Origin: an uncultured delta proteobacterium
Lineage (GTDB): Bacteria > Desulfobacterota > Desulfobaccia > Desulfobaccales > 0-14-0-80-60-11
Assembly (NCBI GenBank): GCA_963812015.1
Contig: CAWETI010000003.1
Coordinates: 96,001-160,000 of the forward strand
Length of the DNA stretch: 64,000 bases
Direction of reading: 5' to 3'
Each line of letters begins with the position of its first letter. Positions within the stretch are counted from its first letter, which is position 1. Shown piece after piece: positions 27,158 to 37,347 of the stretch. The notes under the pieces were generated by a model, which was not told the origin of the DNA, made no database searches, and worked only from the letters and a program-made list of their open reading frames with translations. The position numbers and the translations under genes are program-made.

Positions 27158-27498
27158 AAGGGAGGCAGGTGGTTGCAGTCGAAACAGAAAATAGCTGCTC
27201 TATATGCGCGGTTTAAATTAAAATAATCAGTATGTTATATGATTAGCCTATCAGTAATTGAGAGATAGCTTGTATTTAAGGTTTTTGCCCTGTGGTCAGG
27301 TCTCATCCGACACCCCCGGCCATCCTGGTCTGCCGAATAACCCCTCACCGGACTGGGCCTCCCCAGGGCCTGGCGATATATCCCGGGCTTCCGCCTGACT
27401 CTCAAGACTTTTCGTCATATTTAATTAGCCTGGGGGAGGATTTCTGTGATAAATTTTATTTTTTAAGGAACAAAGGAACCTGCATTCAGGAGTGTTGC

Positions 27499-30021
27499 AT
27501 GGCCCCTCGTTACGAACCCCGCCCCCTGGAAGCCAAGTGGCAGCAGCTCTGGGAGGAGCGGGGGCTGTTTAACGCCAAGGAAGACCCCGCCCGGCCCAAG
27601 TACTACGTGCTGGAGATGTTCCCGTACCCTTCCGGGCGCATCCACATGGGCCACGTGCGCAACTATACCATCGGGGACGTGGTGGCCCGGTACAAGCGGA
27701 TGCGGGGCTTCAACGTGCTCCATCCCATGGGCTGGGACGCCTTCGGCCTGCCGGCGGAGAACGCCGCCATGGCCCGGGGGCTCCACCCCGCCGCCTGGAC
27801 CTACGACAATATCGCCTACATGCGCCGCCAGCTTAAGGAACTGGGCTACAGCTACGACTGGCCCCGGGAGCTGGCCACCTGCGATCCGGACTACTACCGC
27901 TGGGAGCAACTGGTCTTCATCGAGATGTTCCGCCGGGGGCTGGCCTACAAGAAAGAAGCCCCGGTCAACTGGTGCCCCACCTGCCAGACGGTGCTGGCCA
28001 ACGAGCAGGTGGAAGACGGCCTCTGCTGGCGCTGCGATTCCCCGGTGCACTTAAAAGAGCTCAACCAGTGGTTTTTTAAGATCACCGCCTATGCCGAGGA
28101 ACTGCTGGCCGACCTGGACCTGATGACCCACTGGCCGGAGCGGGTCCTCACCATGCAACGCCACTGGATCGGCAAGTCCCCGGGGGCGGAGATCTATTTT
28201 CCTCCTACGCAAGTGACGCAAGTGACGCAAGGGACCCAGGGGGGCGAGGGGAGCGAGTCCCTGACGGTGTTCACCACCCGGGCCGACACCCTGTTCGGGG
28301 CCACCTTCATGAGCCTGGCCCCGGAGCACCCTTTGGCCCTGGCCCTGGCCCAAGGCACCGGCCAGGAAGAGGCGGTGAGGAAGTTTGTCGAGTACTGGCG
28401 GGCCCAAAACCGCAGCCGGGGCGTCCTGGAGGAGGTCACCAAGGAGGGGGTGTTCACCGGCAGCTACTGCGTCAACCCCGTCACCGGCTCCAAGATGCCC
28501 ATTTATGTCGCCAATTTCGTGCTCATGGAGTACGGCACCGGCGCGGTGATGGCGGTGCCGGCCCACGACCAGCGGGATTTCGAGTTCGCCAAAAAGTATG
28601 ATTTGCCCATTAAAGTGGTGGTCCAACCGCCCGGGGAGGAACTCCAGGCCGCAAACCTCACTGCCGCTTACGAGGACGAGGGCGTCCTGGTGGACTCCGG
28701 CCAGTTCACCGGCATGGCCAGCGCCGGGGCCAAGGAGGCCATCGCCGCCTGGCTGGAAGAAAAAGGCCAGGGCAAGGCCGCGGTGCATTTTCGCCTGAGG
28801 GACTGGCTCATCTCCCGGCAGCGCTACTGGGGGGCGCCCATCCCCATCATCTACTGCGAGACCTGCGGCCTGGCGCCGGTGCCGGAGAAAGACCTGCCGG
28901 TGGTCCTGCCCCTCTCCGTTGCCATCACCGGGGAGGGCGGCTCCCCCCTGGCCCAGTTGCCGTCGTTTTATGAGGTGAATTGTCCCACCTGCGGCGGCCC
29001 GGCCCGGCGGGAAGTGGACACCATGGACACCTTCGTGGAGTCCTCCTGGTACTTTTTGCGCTACGCCAGCGCCGACTACACCGAAGGCGTCCTGGACCCG
29101 CCCCGGGTGAACTACTGGCTCCCCGTGGACCAGTATATCGGCGGCATCGAACACGCGGTGCTGCACCTGCTCTACGCCCGCTTTTTCACCAAGGTCCTGC
29201 GGGACCTGGGGATGGTCAAGATCGACGAGCCCTTTCAACGCCTCCTCACCCAGGGCATGGTCTTGAAAGACGGGGCCAAGATGGCCAAATCCAAGGGCAA
29301 CGTGGTGGACCCGGAGTACATGATTAAGGAATACGGCACCGACACCACCCGCCTGTTCCTGCTGTTTGCGGCGCCGCCGGAGAAAGATCTGGAGTGGAGC
29401 GACCAGGGGGTGGCCGGGTCGGCCCGTTTCCTTCACCGCCTCTGGAACTTGGTGCAGGACCTTTTGCCCACACTGCGACAAGTTTCGCCGTATCAGGGTC
29501 CCGGCACGGAATTGTCCCCGGAACTCTCGGATTTCCGCCGCAAGGTGCACCAGACCATCAAGAAGGTGACCGAGGACATCGAGGATTCCTTCCACTTCAA
29601 TACTGCCATCGCCGCGGTGATGGAGTTGGTGAACGCCTTCTATCTGGCCGCGGAGCACCCGCCCCAAGACGAGGCCACCGCCAGGGTCTTCCGGGAGGCG
29701 GTGGAGGCCATCCTGCTCCTGGTCAGTCCCATGGTGCCTCACATCGCCGAGGAGCTGTGGCAGGCGTTGGGACATAGCACCCTGCTGCTGGACGTTCCCT
29801 GGCCCCGGCCCCAGCCTGAGGCCCTGACGGTGTCCACCCTGACGGTGGTGGTCCAGGTCAACGGCAAGGTGCGGAGCCGCCTGGAAGTGCCGGCCACGGC
29901 TACGGATGCCGAGATTAGCCATCTGGCCCTGGCCGACCCGGCCATTGCCAAATGGCTCCAGGGCAAGCCGCCCAAAAAAGTTATCCTGGCCCGGCGCAAG
30001 CTGGTCAATATCGTCGTCTGA
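27499..30021 (+). CDS. leuS: Leucyl-tRNA synthetase
   Basis: [13 protein letters not shown] (HIGH), editing domain [35 protein letters not shown]. Confidence 0.97.
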   Translation: MAPRYEPRPLEAKWQQLWEERGLFNAKEDPARPKYYVLEMFPYPSGRIHMGHVRNYTIGDVVARYKRMRGFNVLHPMGWDAFGLPAENAAMARGLHPAAWTYDNIAYMRRQLKELGYSYDWPRELATCDPDYYRWEQLVFIEMFRRGLAYKKEAPVNWCPTCQTVLANEQVEDGLCWRCDSPVHLKELNQWFFKITAYAEELLADLDLMTHWPERVLTMQRHWIGKSPGAEIYFPPTQVTQVTQGTQGGEGSESLTVFTTRADTLFGATFMSLAPEHPLALALAQGTGQEEAVRKFVEYWRAQNRSRGVLEEVTKEGVFTGSYCVNPVTGSKMPIYVANFVLMEYGTGAVMAVPAHDQRDFEFAKKYDLPIKVVVQPPGEELQAANLTAAYEDEGVLVDSGQFTGMASAGAKEAIAAWLEEKGQGKAAVHFRLRDWLISRQRYWGAPIPIIYCETCGLAPVPEKDLPVVLPLSVAITGEGGSPLAQLPSFYEVNCPTCGGPARREVDTMDTFVESSWYFLRYASADYTEGVLDPPRVNYWLPVDQYIGGIEHAVLHLLYARFFTKVLRDLGMVKIDEPFQRLLTQGMVLKDGAKMAKSKGNVVDPEYMIKEYGTDTTRLFLLFAAPPEKDLEWSDQGVAGSARFLHRLWNLVQDLLPTLRQVSPYQGPGTELSPELSDFRRKVHQTIKKVTEDIEDSFHFNTAIAAVMELVNAFYLAAEHPPQDEATARVFREAVEAILLLVSPMVPHIAEELWQALGHSTLLLDVPWPRPQPEALTVSTLTVVVQVNGKVRSRLEVPATATDAEISHLALADPAIAKWLQGKPPKKVILARRKLVNIVV
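28207..28242 (+). repeat. In-frame 9-bp tandem repeat inside leuS
   Basis: ACGCAAGTG ACGCAAGTG ACGCAAGGG ACCCAGGGG encodes [12 protein letters not shown]. Confidence 0.85.
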
Positions 30022-30033
30022 GGGAGTGAAGCC

Positions 30034-30549
30034 ATGGCCGTCTGCCGCCTCGGAGTGCTTGCCTTACTCTTGGTCAACCTGTGGGGCTGCGGTTATCGCC
30101 CGTTAGGGGCGGCGCCGCCCGATCCCCAGGTCCGGCCGACCCTGGCCATCCCCCTGTTCGCCAACCGCTCCACCGAAGTGGGCCTGGAGGCCGTCTTTGC
30201 AAACGCCCTGATCAACGCCTTCGCCCAGACCGGGGCGGTCAAGGTCGTCCCCGGGGACGGGAATGCGGAGTTGGTGCTGGAAGGCCAGGTGCGGTCGGTG
30301 GATAATGCCTCGGTGGCCTTCGACTCCGTCACCAAGTCCACGGTGCGCCGCTTGACCTTGCGGGTGGAGTTGACCCTGCGCCGGAAGAAGGGCGACAAGG
30401 TCCTCTGGAAGGATACCCAAATCTTGCAAGAAGATTACGTGGTGGACCCCTATTACCACTTGGGGGAGGCCACCCGGACCGAGGGCGTGCGGCGGGCTGC
30501 GGTCAACATGGCCCGGCGGGTGCTGGACAAGGTGCTGCTGGTGATTTAG
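30034..30549 (+). CDS. lptE: LPS assembly lipoprotein LptE
   Basis: LWGCGY lipobox; conserved leuS-lptE-holA order. Confidence 0.85.
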   Translation: MAVCRLGVLALLLVNLWGCGYRPLGAAPPDPQVRPTLAIPLFANRSTEVGLEAVFANALINAFAQTGAVKVVPGDGNAELVLEGQVRSVDNASVAFDSVTKSTVRRLTLRVELTLRRKKGDKVLWKDTQILQEDYVVDPYYHLGEATRTEGVRRAAVNMARRVLDKVLLVI

Positions 30550-30552
30550 GTA

Positions 30553-30629
30553 GGGAAGGGGGCCAGGGGCTTTTTTGTAAGTGGCTCCTGCCCTCTTCCC
30601 CGGACCCCACTCCCCAACCCCCATTAAGG
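30553..30629. repeat. G/C-tract hairpin repeat family, copy A
   Basis: GGGAAGGGGGCCAGGGGC...GCTCCTGCCCTCTTCCC followed by a C-rich tail; related copies at 37272, 40279, 44787, 49927, 53086, 63793. Confidence 0.7.
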
Positions 30630-30718
30630 TAGAGATTATCTCATGGGGTAAGGTGCGATTACAGGGAAGGAGGATGTTTGGCTGACTGCTGATAGCTGAA
30701 AGCTGACCGCTCATACCT

Positions 30719-31717
30719 ATGTCCCATCCCATCCTGGAACGCCATCTGGAACGTGGCACCGTGAAGCCTCTCTATCTCTTTTATGGGGATGAGGAGTTCC
30801 TCATGAACCGGGCCCTGGCGCGCCTGGAGGCGGGACTGACGGACCGGGCCGGGGAGCCCCCCACCAAAGTGGTCCGGGAGGCCAATGAGGTGGGGCTGCC
30901 GGAGTTTTTGGCGGAGTCCCGGGTGGCCACACTGTGGGGACCGGGGCAGTTGCTCATCCTGCGCCGGGTGGATCTCTACCCCGGGGACCAGCTTAAAGTC
31001 CTCACCGCCTATCTGGACCACCCCGCGCCCCGGGTCTGGATGGTGTTCCTGGCCGAAGGCTTGAAGGCTCGGGAGGTGGAGAAGCATGCGGTATGGGGGC
31101 GGCTGGCCCGGGAGGAGGCGGCCCTGGGGTTTTATCGCCTCCGGGAAGGGGAGCTGTACCAGTGGCTGACTCGGGAGGCCCGTAGCCGGGGGAAGAACCT
31201 GGCGTTGGCGGCGGCCCAGCGGCTGGTGGAGATGGTGGGCGACAATCTGGCGGAATTGAGCCAGGAGTTGGAAAAACTGGTCCTCTTTGCCGGGTCGGAA
31301 AACACCCTCACCCCCGCCCTGGTAACCCAGTTGGCCAGCCACAGCCGTACCTACAACATCTTTGCCCTGGTGGACGCCCTGGGGGTGCCCGGTTTCCACC
31401 AGCGCCTGGCGTCCCTGGGTCACCTGTTGGACCTGGGTGAGCCCCCGGCCAAAATATTGGGGATGCTGGCCCGGCAGGTGCGGATGCTTATCCGGGTGAA
31501 GGAAGGCTCGGGGGACAACCCGGCGGAGCTGGCCCGGAGCCTCAATCTGCCCCAGGGGGTGGTCAAGCGTTTGGCGCAGCAGGCGGCCCGCTTCAGCGAC
31601 GAGGCCCTCAAAACCCACCTGACCGTGCTGCACCAGGTGGACTTTCATCTCAAGACCAGCACCGGCAATCCCCGGCTCTGGCTGGAGTGGGCTCTTGTCA
31701 AGATGGGCCCGGGATAA
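30719..31717 (+). CDS. holA: DNA polymerase III subunit delta
   Basis: PLYLFYGDEEF, ELEKL, NIFALVDA; position after lptE. Confidence 0.9.
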   Translation: MSHPILERHLERGTVKPLYLFYGDEEFLMNRALARLEAGLTDRAGEPPTKVVREANEVGLPEFLAESRVATLWGPGQLLILRRVDLYPGDQLKVLTAYLDHPAPRVWMVFLAEGLKAREVEKHAVWGRLAREEAALGFYRLREGELYQWLTREARSRGKNLALAAAQRLVEMVGDNLAELSQELEKLVLFAGSENTLTPALVTQLASHSRTYNIFALVDALGVPGFHQRLASLGHLLDLGEPPAKILGMLARQVRMLIRVKEGSGDNPAELARSLNLPQGVVKRLAQQAARFSDEALKTHLTVLHQVDFHLKTSTGNPRLWLEWALVKMGPG

Positions 31718-31876
31718 GATGCAAGACCTCTCTGGGGGGCGCACCCGGCACTCGGGTGTCGTCCGTAATACCTAATCACCATCGGACCGGTGGCATGGGC
31801 GTCCCGCCTTTGCCCGGGCAAGATAAAGCCCGACGTCGAACATAATGAAAAAGGAGGAAGACTATATTTCCAAAAT

Positions 31877-33061
31877 TTACGGTTTCCTGGTTGTCTTTTG
31901 AATCAATAATTGCTGTAAAAGAGGTTTTAATTTATCTTTAATAAATTCTGCTGCTTTTATTGATCCTACATTGTTGTAATGAATCACATCGTAGATATAT
32001 TGTTTGTCTGGCGGGATTGCTGAGGCTAAATCTATTAATAATATATCATTCTCAACCGCTTTTTTGCGAATACTGTCATTAAATAAATCAAAAAAATGTT
32101 TATATTCCTGATAGCTAACCACAACGTTTTTAAAGCGATCGATGATGGCTTTGTCTGGGTTTTCCGTAAACCTGCTCGCCATGGTCATTAATACGGGAGT
32201 GATTTTTCTAATTTTGCAAATAGTTATAAATGTCTGCAGATTCATCTCGAACTGTTCGACCATCTCCGAGGTATTATAGTTTACTTTGGTGTTTCGCATT
32301 TTGGCGAATTCGTCATTGCTTTTATCTACACCCTTGGGTCTCAATAAAGTTCTGATCCTTCCCCCGGCCAACCGGAGTTCTCGAGAAATATTAGGAATAA
32401 ATTTATCTCGCTCTATTTTAAAGAAATTGGTCAAGATATACTCATTCACATCAAAAATTAAACATCGAGTTGGACTATTATTCCAATAGCCTTTTTCGTA
32501 AAGCATTATCGCGACATCATTGTTATTATGCATCATTATGGCGATATCTGGTTTTATTGGGATGATTTTATTTAATAAAACATCCAGGGTATTCAACGTA
32601 TTGTTTGCAGTCCTGCTAGCGTTAAAAGAATCAACCTTAATCCCTAGCTCTTTTTCGAGAAGCATTCCAGAAAGGTAAGCAAACCTTTTTTCTTCGTCCA
32701 CTAATAATTCTGCCGTTACGGAATCTCCTAAAAACACTAACGTCATATCCGGGTTAGAATATTTCTCTGATGGCATGATAAAGCCATTCTTATCAACTCG
32801 CAATAAATAATTCTTTTTCTCGATCGTGTCATATGGTGCATCTTCTTTTACTGGATGATTATATTCCTTTAGTAATGGGCGAAATTCCCTCAGCGCAATG
32901 GCTCTCTCCTTAAGAGCAAAATTATAACCGATACCATTATTATTATAAGCCAATAATTTCTCCATACAATAGATGCCTGCGGTTAATATCAACAATATCA
33001 TAAAAGCAATAGTCTTTTTTGGGTTTCGTTCGAACCAGCTATTTTCTTTTTTCGTTACCAT
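31877..33061 (-). CDS. SGNH/GDSL hydrolase family protein, low GC
   Basis: N-terminal TM; LGDSVT, NND, DVIH catalytic blocks; visibly AT-rich. Confidence 0.8.
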   Translation of the reverse strand: MVTKKENSWFERNPKKTIAFMILLILTAGIYCMEKLLAYNNNGIGYNFALKERAIALREFRPLLKEYNHPVKEDAPYDTIEKKNYLLRVDKNGFIMPSEKYSNPDMTLVFLGDSVTAELLVDEEKRFAYLSGMLLEKELGIKVDSFNASRTANNTLNTLDVLLNKIIPIKPDIAIMMHNNNDVAIMLYEKGYWNNSPTRCLIFDVNEYILTNFFKIERDKFIPNISRELRLAGGRIRTLLRPKGVDKSNDEFAKMRNTKVNYNTSEMVEQFEMNLQTFITICKIRKITPVLMTMASRFTENPDKAIIDRFKNVVVSYQEYKHFFDLFNDSIRKKAVENDILLIDLASAIPPDKQYIYDVIHYNNVGSIKAAEFIKDKLKPLLQQLLIQKTTRKP

Positions 33062-33541
33062 AAGTCAGTATCTCCTCAGGTCGGAAGGAAAACCAATGGT
33101 ACACGTGCTTAGAAGGTTCTTCAGGTTCAGAATTAAAATTAATATCTATTATTTTCTAAATGATAAATATTAGCCAACGGTAAATTGGCGCCAATTCTCC
33201 CAACAACCCTTCATGGGGCCCATTATGTCGAAACGCTCATCTACCTCCGGCAAAAGTATGGCGGCGGCGTCGGAAGAGATTTGTGCCGCCCTTGCAATCG
33301 ATCCTGATGGCACGGTTGCAATCTGCCTGGATCACTCCTTCCCGGCTTTATCCAATAGCGAGCATCTCAGGACGCCCTTTACACTAAAAGTGATTAATTA
33401 TATCAAATGGTTAGGATAGTTGCCATCGAAAATGCGGCATAATCCGGGGAAGAAGAGCAACTCTGTATAAAAGGGCAAACACGCAGGTCTGCCCCTAGAA
33501 CAGGGGTCACTATTCGCAAGGGGAAGGGTATAAAAAGATTA

Positions 33542-33578
33542 ACAAAATGAGGGCGGGGTAAGACCGCCCTCATTTTGT
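33542..33578 (-). terminator. Intrinsic terminator after rpsT
   Basis: 15-bp perfect stem ACAAAATGAGGGCGG/CCGCCCTCATTTTGT. Confidence 0.8.
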
Positions 33579-33595
33579 CTTAATCCCAAGTCAAC

Positions 33596-33868
33596 TCATG
33601 CAGGGGTCGAGAGGGCGTTGACCTGCCGGGTGAGGCGGGAAATCTTGCGAGCCGCGGCCCGCCAGTGCAGGGTGCCTTTGCCGGCCACCCGGGCGATCAC
33701 CGGGACCGCGGCCTGCAAGGCCGTCTGGGCCTCTTCCACGCTCTTTTGGGCCACCGCCTGGCGCACCAAGCGCACCACGTTCTTGACCCGGGTTTTGCGG
33801 CTCTGATTGCGCAGCCGCCGTTTTTCGTTCTGTCGTGCCCGCTTCAGGGCGGATATATGCTTTGCCAA
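33596..33868 (-). CDS. rpsT: 30S ribosomal protein S20
   Basis: AKHISALKRARQNEKRRLRN...KGTLH..AARKISRL; TTG start, RBS GGAGG. Confidence 0.96.
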   Translation of the reverse strand: MAKHISALKRARQNEKRRLRNQSRKTRVKNVVRLVRQAVAQKSVEEAQTALQAAVPVIARVAGKGTLHWRAAARKISRLTRQVNALSTPA

Positions 33869-33921
33869 AGTCTTCCTCCGATAGTAGTGCTCTATAACTG
33901 TGTCTTAAGCGAACGCTTTTG

Positions 33922-34494
33922 TCAAGGGAGCAGGCTTTCCGGATACTCCCGGAAAAACGTCCAAAAATAACTCACCCCAGAGACCACCGTGGCAATGAGG
34001 GCCAGCCATAACAGGCCCATGCCCAGTTCTTCAAAATCAACCCCGACATACGGATAGTGTAAAATTAAGGCCGTGAGGGCCGCCATCTGCAGCAGCGTCT
34101 TGGCCTTAGCCCAGCGGTCGGGGGCCAGGATAATGCCTTCCGCCGCGGCCAGGCCCCGGAGGCCGGTGACCGCCAACTCCCGCCCGACGATGACAAAGGC
34201 CATCCAGGCCGGCACCCGCTCCAGGGGGATCAACATAATCAGGGCGGCTGAAACCAGCAGCTTGTCGGCCAGGGGGTCCATGAATTTCCCCAGCTGGCTC
34301 ACCAGGCGGTGGCGCCGGGCCAAAAACCCATCCAGGAAATCGGTGGCTCCCGCCAGCATAAAAACAAGGGCCCCAAAAAAACTGGCCCAGGGACCGGAGA
34401 AACACAGCAGCAGCACCACCACGGGAACCGCGGCAATCCGGGCACCGGTGAGGAGGTTCGGGGTACCCCAGTTATTGAGGTCGACCTGACGCAT
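33922..34494 (-). CDS. pgsA: CDP-diacylglycerol--glycerol-3-phosphate 3-phosphatidyltransferase
   Basis: PNLLT..RI, TDFLDGFLAR...GKFMDPLADK. Confidence 0.93.
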   Translation of the reverse strand: MRQVDLNNWGTPNLLTGARIAAVPVVVLLLCFSGPWASFFGALVFMLAGATDFLDGFLARRHRLVSQLGKFMDPLADKLLVSAALIMLIPLERVPAWMAFVIVGRELAVTGLRGLAAAEGIILAPDRWAKAKTLLQMAALTALILHYPYVGVDFEELGMGLLWLALIATVVSGVSYFWTFFREYPESLLP

Positions 34495-34495
34495 T

Positions 34496-35155
34496 TTAGG
34501 ACTTACGGGCCCGCTGCCAATCTGCCAAGAATTTTTGTAAGCCGATATCCGTCAAAGGATGCTGCATGAGCTGCATCATCACCCCGTAAGGGATGGTGGC
34601 GATATCGGCCCCGGCCAGGGCGCCCTCCAGGACGTGCAGGGGGTGGCGCACCGAAGCGACAATGATTTCCGTATCAAACCCGTAATTCTCAAAAATGGTG
34701 ATGATCTGCTCGACGATTTCCATGCCCCGGTGATTGATGTCATCCAGGCGGCCGATAAACGGGCTGACGTACGCCGCGCCCGCCTTGGCGGCCAGCAGGG
34801 CCTGGAGCGGCTGGAAGATCAGGGTGACGTTGACCCTGATGTTCTCTTCCGCCAAAATCCGGGTGGCTTTGAGGCCGTCCGGGGTCATGGGGACCTTGAC
34901 CGCCACCCATTCATGGATTTGGGCCAGTTCCCGGGCCTCCGCCACCATGGCGTTGACCTCGGTGGCCACAACTTCGGCGCTCACCGGACCCTGCACCAAC
35001 TCGCAGATGGTGCGAATGTGCTCTTTGAACTGCTCTTTGGTGCCGATGCCGATCTTGGCGCACAGGCTGGGGTTGGTGGTAACGCCGTCCACCAGGCCCA
35101 GGCTGTGGGCCTCCCGAATCTCATCCAGTTTGGCGGTGTCGATAAAGAATTTCAT
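34496..35155 (-). CDS. tal: Transaldolase / fructose-6-phosphate aldolase family
   Basis: [30 protein letters not shown]. Confidence 0.9.
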   Translation of the reverse strand: MKFFIDTAKLDEIREAHSLGLVDGVTTNPSLCAKIGIGTKEQFKEHIRTICELVQGPVSAEVVATEVNAMVAEARELAQIHEWVAVKVPMTPDGLKATRILAEENIRVNVTLIFQPLQALLAAKAGAAYVSPFIGRLDDINHRGMEIVEQIITIFENYGFDTEIIVASVRHPLHVLEGALAGADIATIPYGVMMQLMQHPLTDIGLQKFLADWQRARKS

Positions 35156-35180
35156 AAAAGACCTCTCACTATATCATAAG

Positions 35181-35441
35181 TCAATTTTTGCCACCACTCA
35201 GGAAGCGCTTCAAACAGCCTTCGGAGCAGAAAAAATACGTTTTGCCGTCCTTGGTGGTTTTGAGGGCTTCGCGCCGGGGGATGAAGGTCTCGCACACGGG
35301 GTCCTGGACCAGGACATCCGGTTCCCGCTCTCTTTCCAAAGGCTTGGGGGCCTGGGGCCAAAGGCCCAGCGAGCCGGCCACCTTTTTAATGGCCCAATAA
35401 CCCAGATATCCCAAGCCTAAACCAAAAAGTAGACGAAACAT
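35181..35441 (-). CDS. YHS/TRASH domain membrane-anchored protein
   Basis: TM, then VQDPVC...YFFCSEGC. Confidence 0.8.
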   Translation of the reverse strand: MFRLLFGLGLGYLGYWAIKKVAGSLGLWPQAPKPLEREREPDVLVQDPVCETFIPRREALKTTKDGKTYFFCSEGCLKRFLSGGKN

Positions 35442-35986
35442 CAGGTCGTGTCCTCAATCGCAAGCATAGGTTGCAATGCCGCCCGGTCGGCGGGGTCCAG
35501 TTCATCCAGGAGTTCCTCGGCGCTCTTCTGCAGCACCGGGTGCCAGGCCCGGGGAGCGATCTCCGCCAGGGGGGCCAGCACGAAGCCCCGCCGGTGCATC
35601 TCCGGATGGGGCACCATGAGGTCGGGGGCAAAGATCACTTCCCCATTATACAATAACATATCCAGATCGATGACCCGGGGGCCCCACCGCTCCCCCCGCA
35701 CTCTTCCCATAGCCGTTTCCACCTGCTGCAACAGCCGCAGCAGCTCCTCCGGCCCCAGGCGGGTGCGCACCCGGGCCGCGGCATTGACATACCAGGGCTG
35801 ATTTTCCGGCCCCAGGGGCGGGTTCCGGTAGAAGGAGGAAACCCTGGTCACTTCCACTTCTTCCGCGGCGTTCAGGCGCTCCAAAGCGTCCGTCAACTGC
35901 CGCTGGGGATCGCCCAGGTTGGCCCCCAACCCCAGGTAAGCGATAACCGGAGTCCGTTCGGTGATGGCGGCGAATCCCAAAGGCAT
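35441..35986 (-). CDS. folK: 2-amino-4-hydroxy-6-hydroxymethyldihydropteridine pyrophosphokinase
   Basis: YLGLGANLG, RWGPRVIDLD, PHP..HRRGFVL.PL. Confidence 0.94.
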   Translation of the reverse strand: MPLGFAAITERTPVIAYLGLGANLGDPQRQLTDALERLNAAEEVEVTRVSSFYRNPPLGPENQPWYVNAAARVRTRLGPEELLRLLQQVETAMGRVRGERWGPRVIDLDMLLYNGEVIFAPDLMVPHPEMHRRGFVLAPLAEIAPRAWHPVLQKSAEELLDELDPADRAALQPMLAIEDTT

Positions 35987-36000
35987 ATTTTAATACTATC

Positions 36001-37197
36001 TTATTTCGTGTGACCGGATAAAGGGTTTTTCGCCAGGCGCGTGATGACCGGGGTTAAATCGGCCGCAATGCGAGACGCCACCAACCTGGAGCCCTGGTCA
36101 TTGAAGTGGGCCACGTCACAGATATTTTCTCTCACCGGGGGAATCTCTTGGGCCAGGTCGATCACCAGCACCTGGTTTTTGGCCCCCACCTCCCGGATGG
36201 TTTGGTTGAGCCGGTCAAAGGCGCTTTTAAATTCCCCATAAGTAATCCCCTGGCTGATTTCCAGTTGATGCATGATCTTTTGAACCGGGGGATCGGGGTG
36301 GTCTGTCAGCCGGCTGGCCTGGGTCATGAGCACCGGGATAATGCCTCGGGCCCGGCAAATATTGATGAAGGTCTGCAAGTTCAAGGAAAATTCCCGGACC
36401 AGGAGGTTCTGGTCGATGGTGATTTTCTTACCTCTGACCTCCTTAAACTCGTCCCCTTTGGATTTGCGTTCGGAATGGAACAGCTTCTTCAATTCCCGGG
36501 AGAGGTTGGGAAAGGTCAGGTCCCTGACCAAATAGAACATTTCCCGCAGGTCTTGGCCCACGGTCTTGAAAGTCGGCGGTTTCTCCAGAATGGGGGACCG
36601 GGAGGGATTGGTATTCCAATAGGTCTTTTCGTACATCAGGATAGCCAGGTCGTTGATGTTTTCCATCAGGACCACGATGTCGGGTTTGAGATTTACGACT
36701 TTGTTGAGCAGAATATTGAGGCAATGCAGGGTGTTGCTGCCGCTACGGCCGGCGTTGTAGGAGTTCACCTTGAGGCGGGTCTGTTGTTCGATAAGGCGTC
36801 CCGCCAGGAAGGGAAACCGCTGGTCCTCGTCCACGTAAGTGCACTCGGTGGTGGAACCGCCCAAAAAGGCGAGGGTCAGGTCGGGGTGGTCGTGGACCCT
36901 GGAGGGCATGATGAAACCCTGGCGGTCCACCCGCAGTACGAATTTTTTGGCCTCGAGGCTGTCGCACTTCCGCAGATAGTCGGGGTCGGGCACCAGGATG
37001 TCCCGATATAACGGGTTGAATTCTCTCAGCTTAATGTAGCGTTGGATGCCGAGGGGGTTTATCAGGTTATGGGTGCGGCCGGCCAGGATCTTTTCGGTCA
37101 CGAATGCCAGGCAGCCCATGGCCAGGAGCACAATGACCCCGATGACCTTCTTGGGATTTCTTTCCAGCCAGTTTTTGCGGGTCGGTCCATTATCCAT
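36001..37197 (-). CDS. SGNH/GDSL hydrolase family protein (paralogue of 31877-33061)
   Basis: LGGSTT, NAGRSG, NIND, DVAH. Confidence 0.8.
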   Translation of the reverse strand: MDNGPTRKNWLERNPKKVIGVIVLLAMGCLAFVTEKILAGRTHNLINPLGIQRYIKLREFNPLYRDILVPDPDYLRKCDSLEAKKFVLRVDRQGFIMPSRVHDHPDLTLAFLGGSTTECTYVDEDQRFPFLAGRLIEQQTRLKVNSYNAGRSGSNTLHCLNILLNKVVNLKPDIVVLMENINDLAILMYEKTYWNTNPSRSPILEKPPTFKTVGQDLREMFYLVRDLTFPNLSRELKKLFHSERKSKGDEFKEVRGKKITIDQNLLVREFSLNLQTFINICRARGIIPVLMTQASRLTDHPDPPVQKIMHQLEISQGITYGEFKSAFDRLNQTIREVGAKNQVLVIDLAQEIPPVRENICDVAHFNDQGSRLVASRIAADLTPVITRLAKNPLSGHTK

Positions 37198-37271
37198 TGG
37201 CTATGAGGGGTAGGCAGGCTGCACGGCAAAGAGAACGGAACCGGTCAATAGTTCTGGTCCATTTTCCTGAA

Positions 37272-37346
37272 AGGGTTTGGGCTGGGGGTCTGGGAGAATT
37301 TTTTGTAAGGAGAGGTGCCCCTTACAAACACCCCCGGCCCCTTTGC
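37272..37346. repeat. G/C-tract hairpin repeat family, copy B
   Basis: GGGTTTGGGCTGGGGGTCTGGG plus TTTGTAAGG...CCTTACAAA hairpin. Confidence 0.55.
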
Positions 37347-37347
37347 C

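Noticed and set aside
27292..27498. N-terminal extensions in the ORF track for leuS (also dapB, FAH, xerC, L,D-transpeptidase, kinase, tupA-like)
   Set aside because: Downstream starts match the family N-termini, most with an RBS; the extensions run through promoter or repeat DNA.
33076..33094. SRP RNA-like TCAGGTCGGAAGGAA
   Set aside because: It lacks the GCAGC continuation and the flanking helix, and overlaps the RBS region of the SGNH gene.
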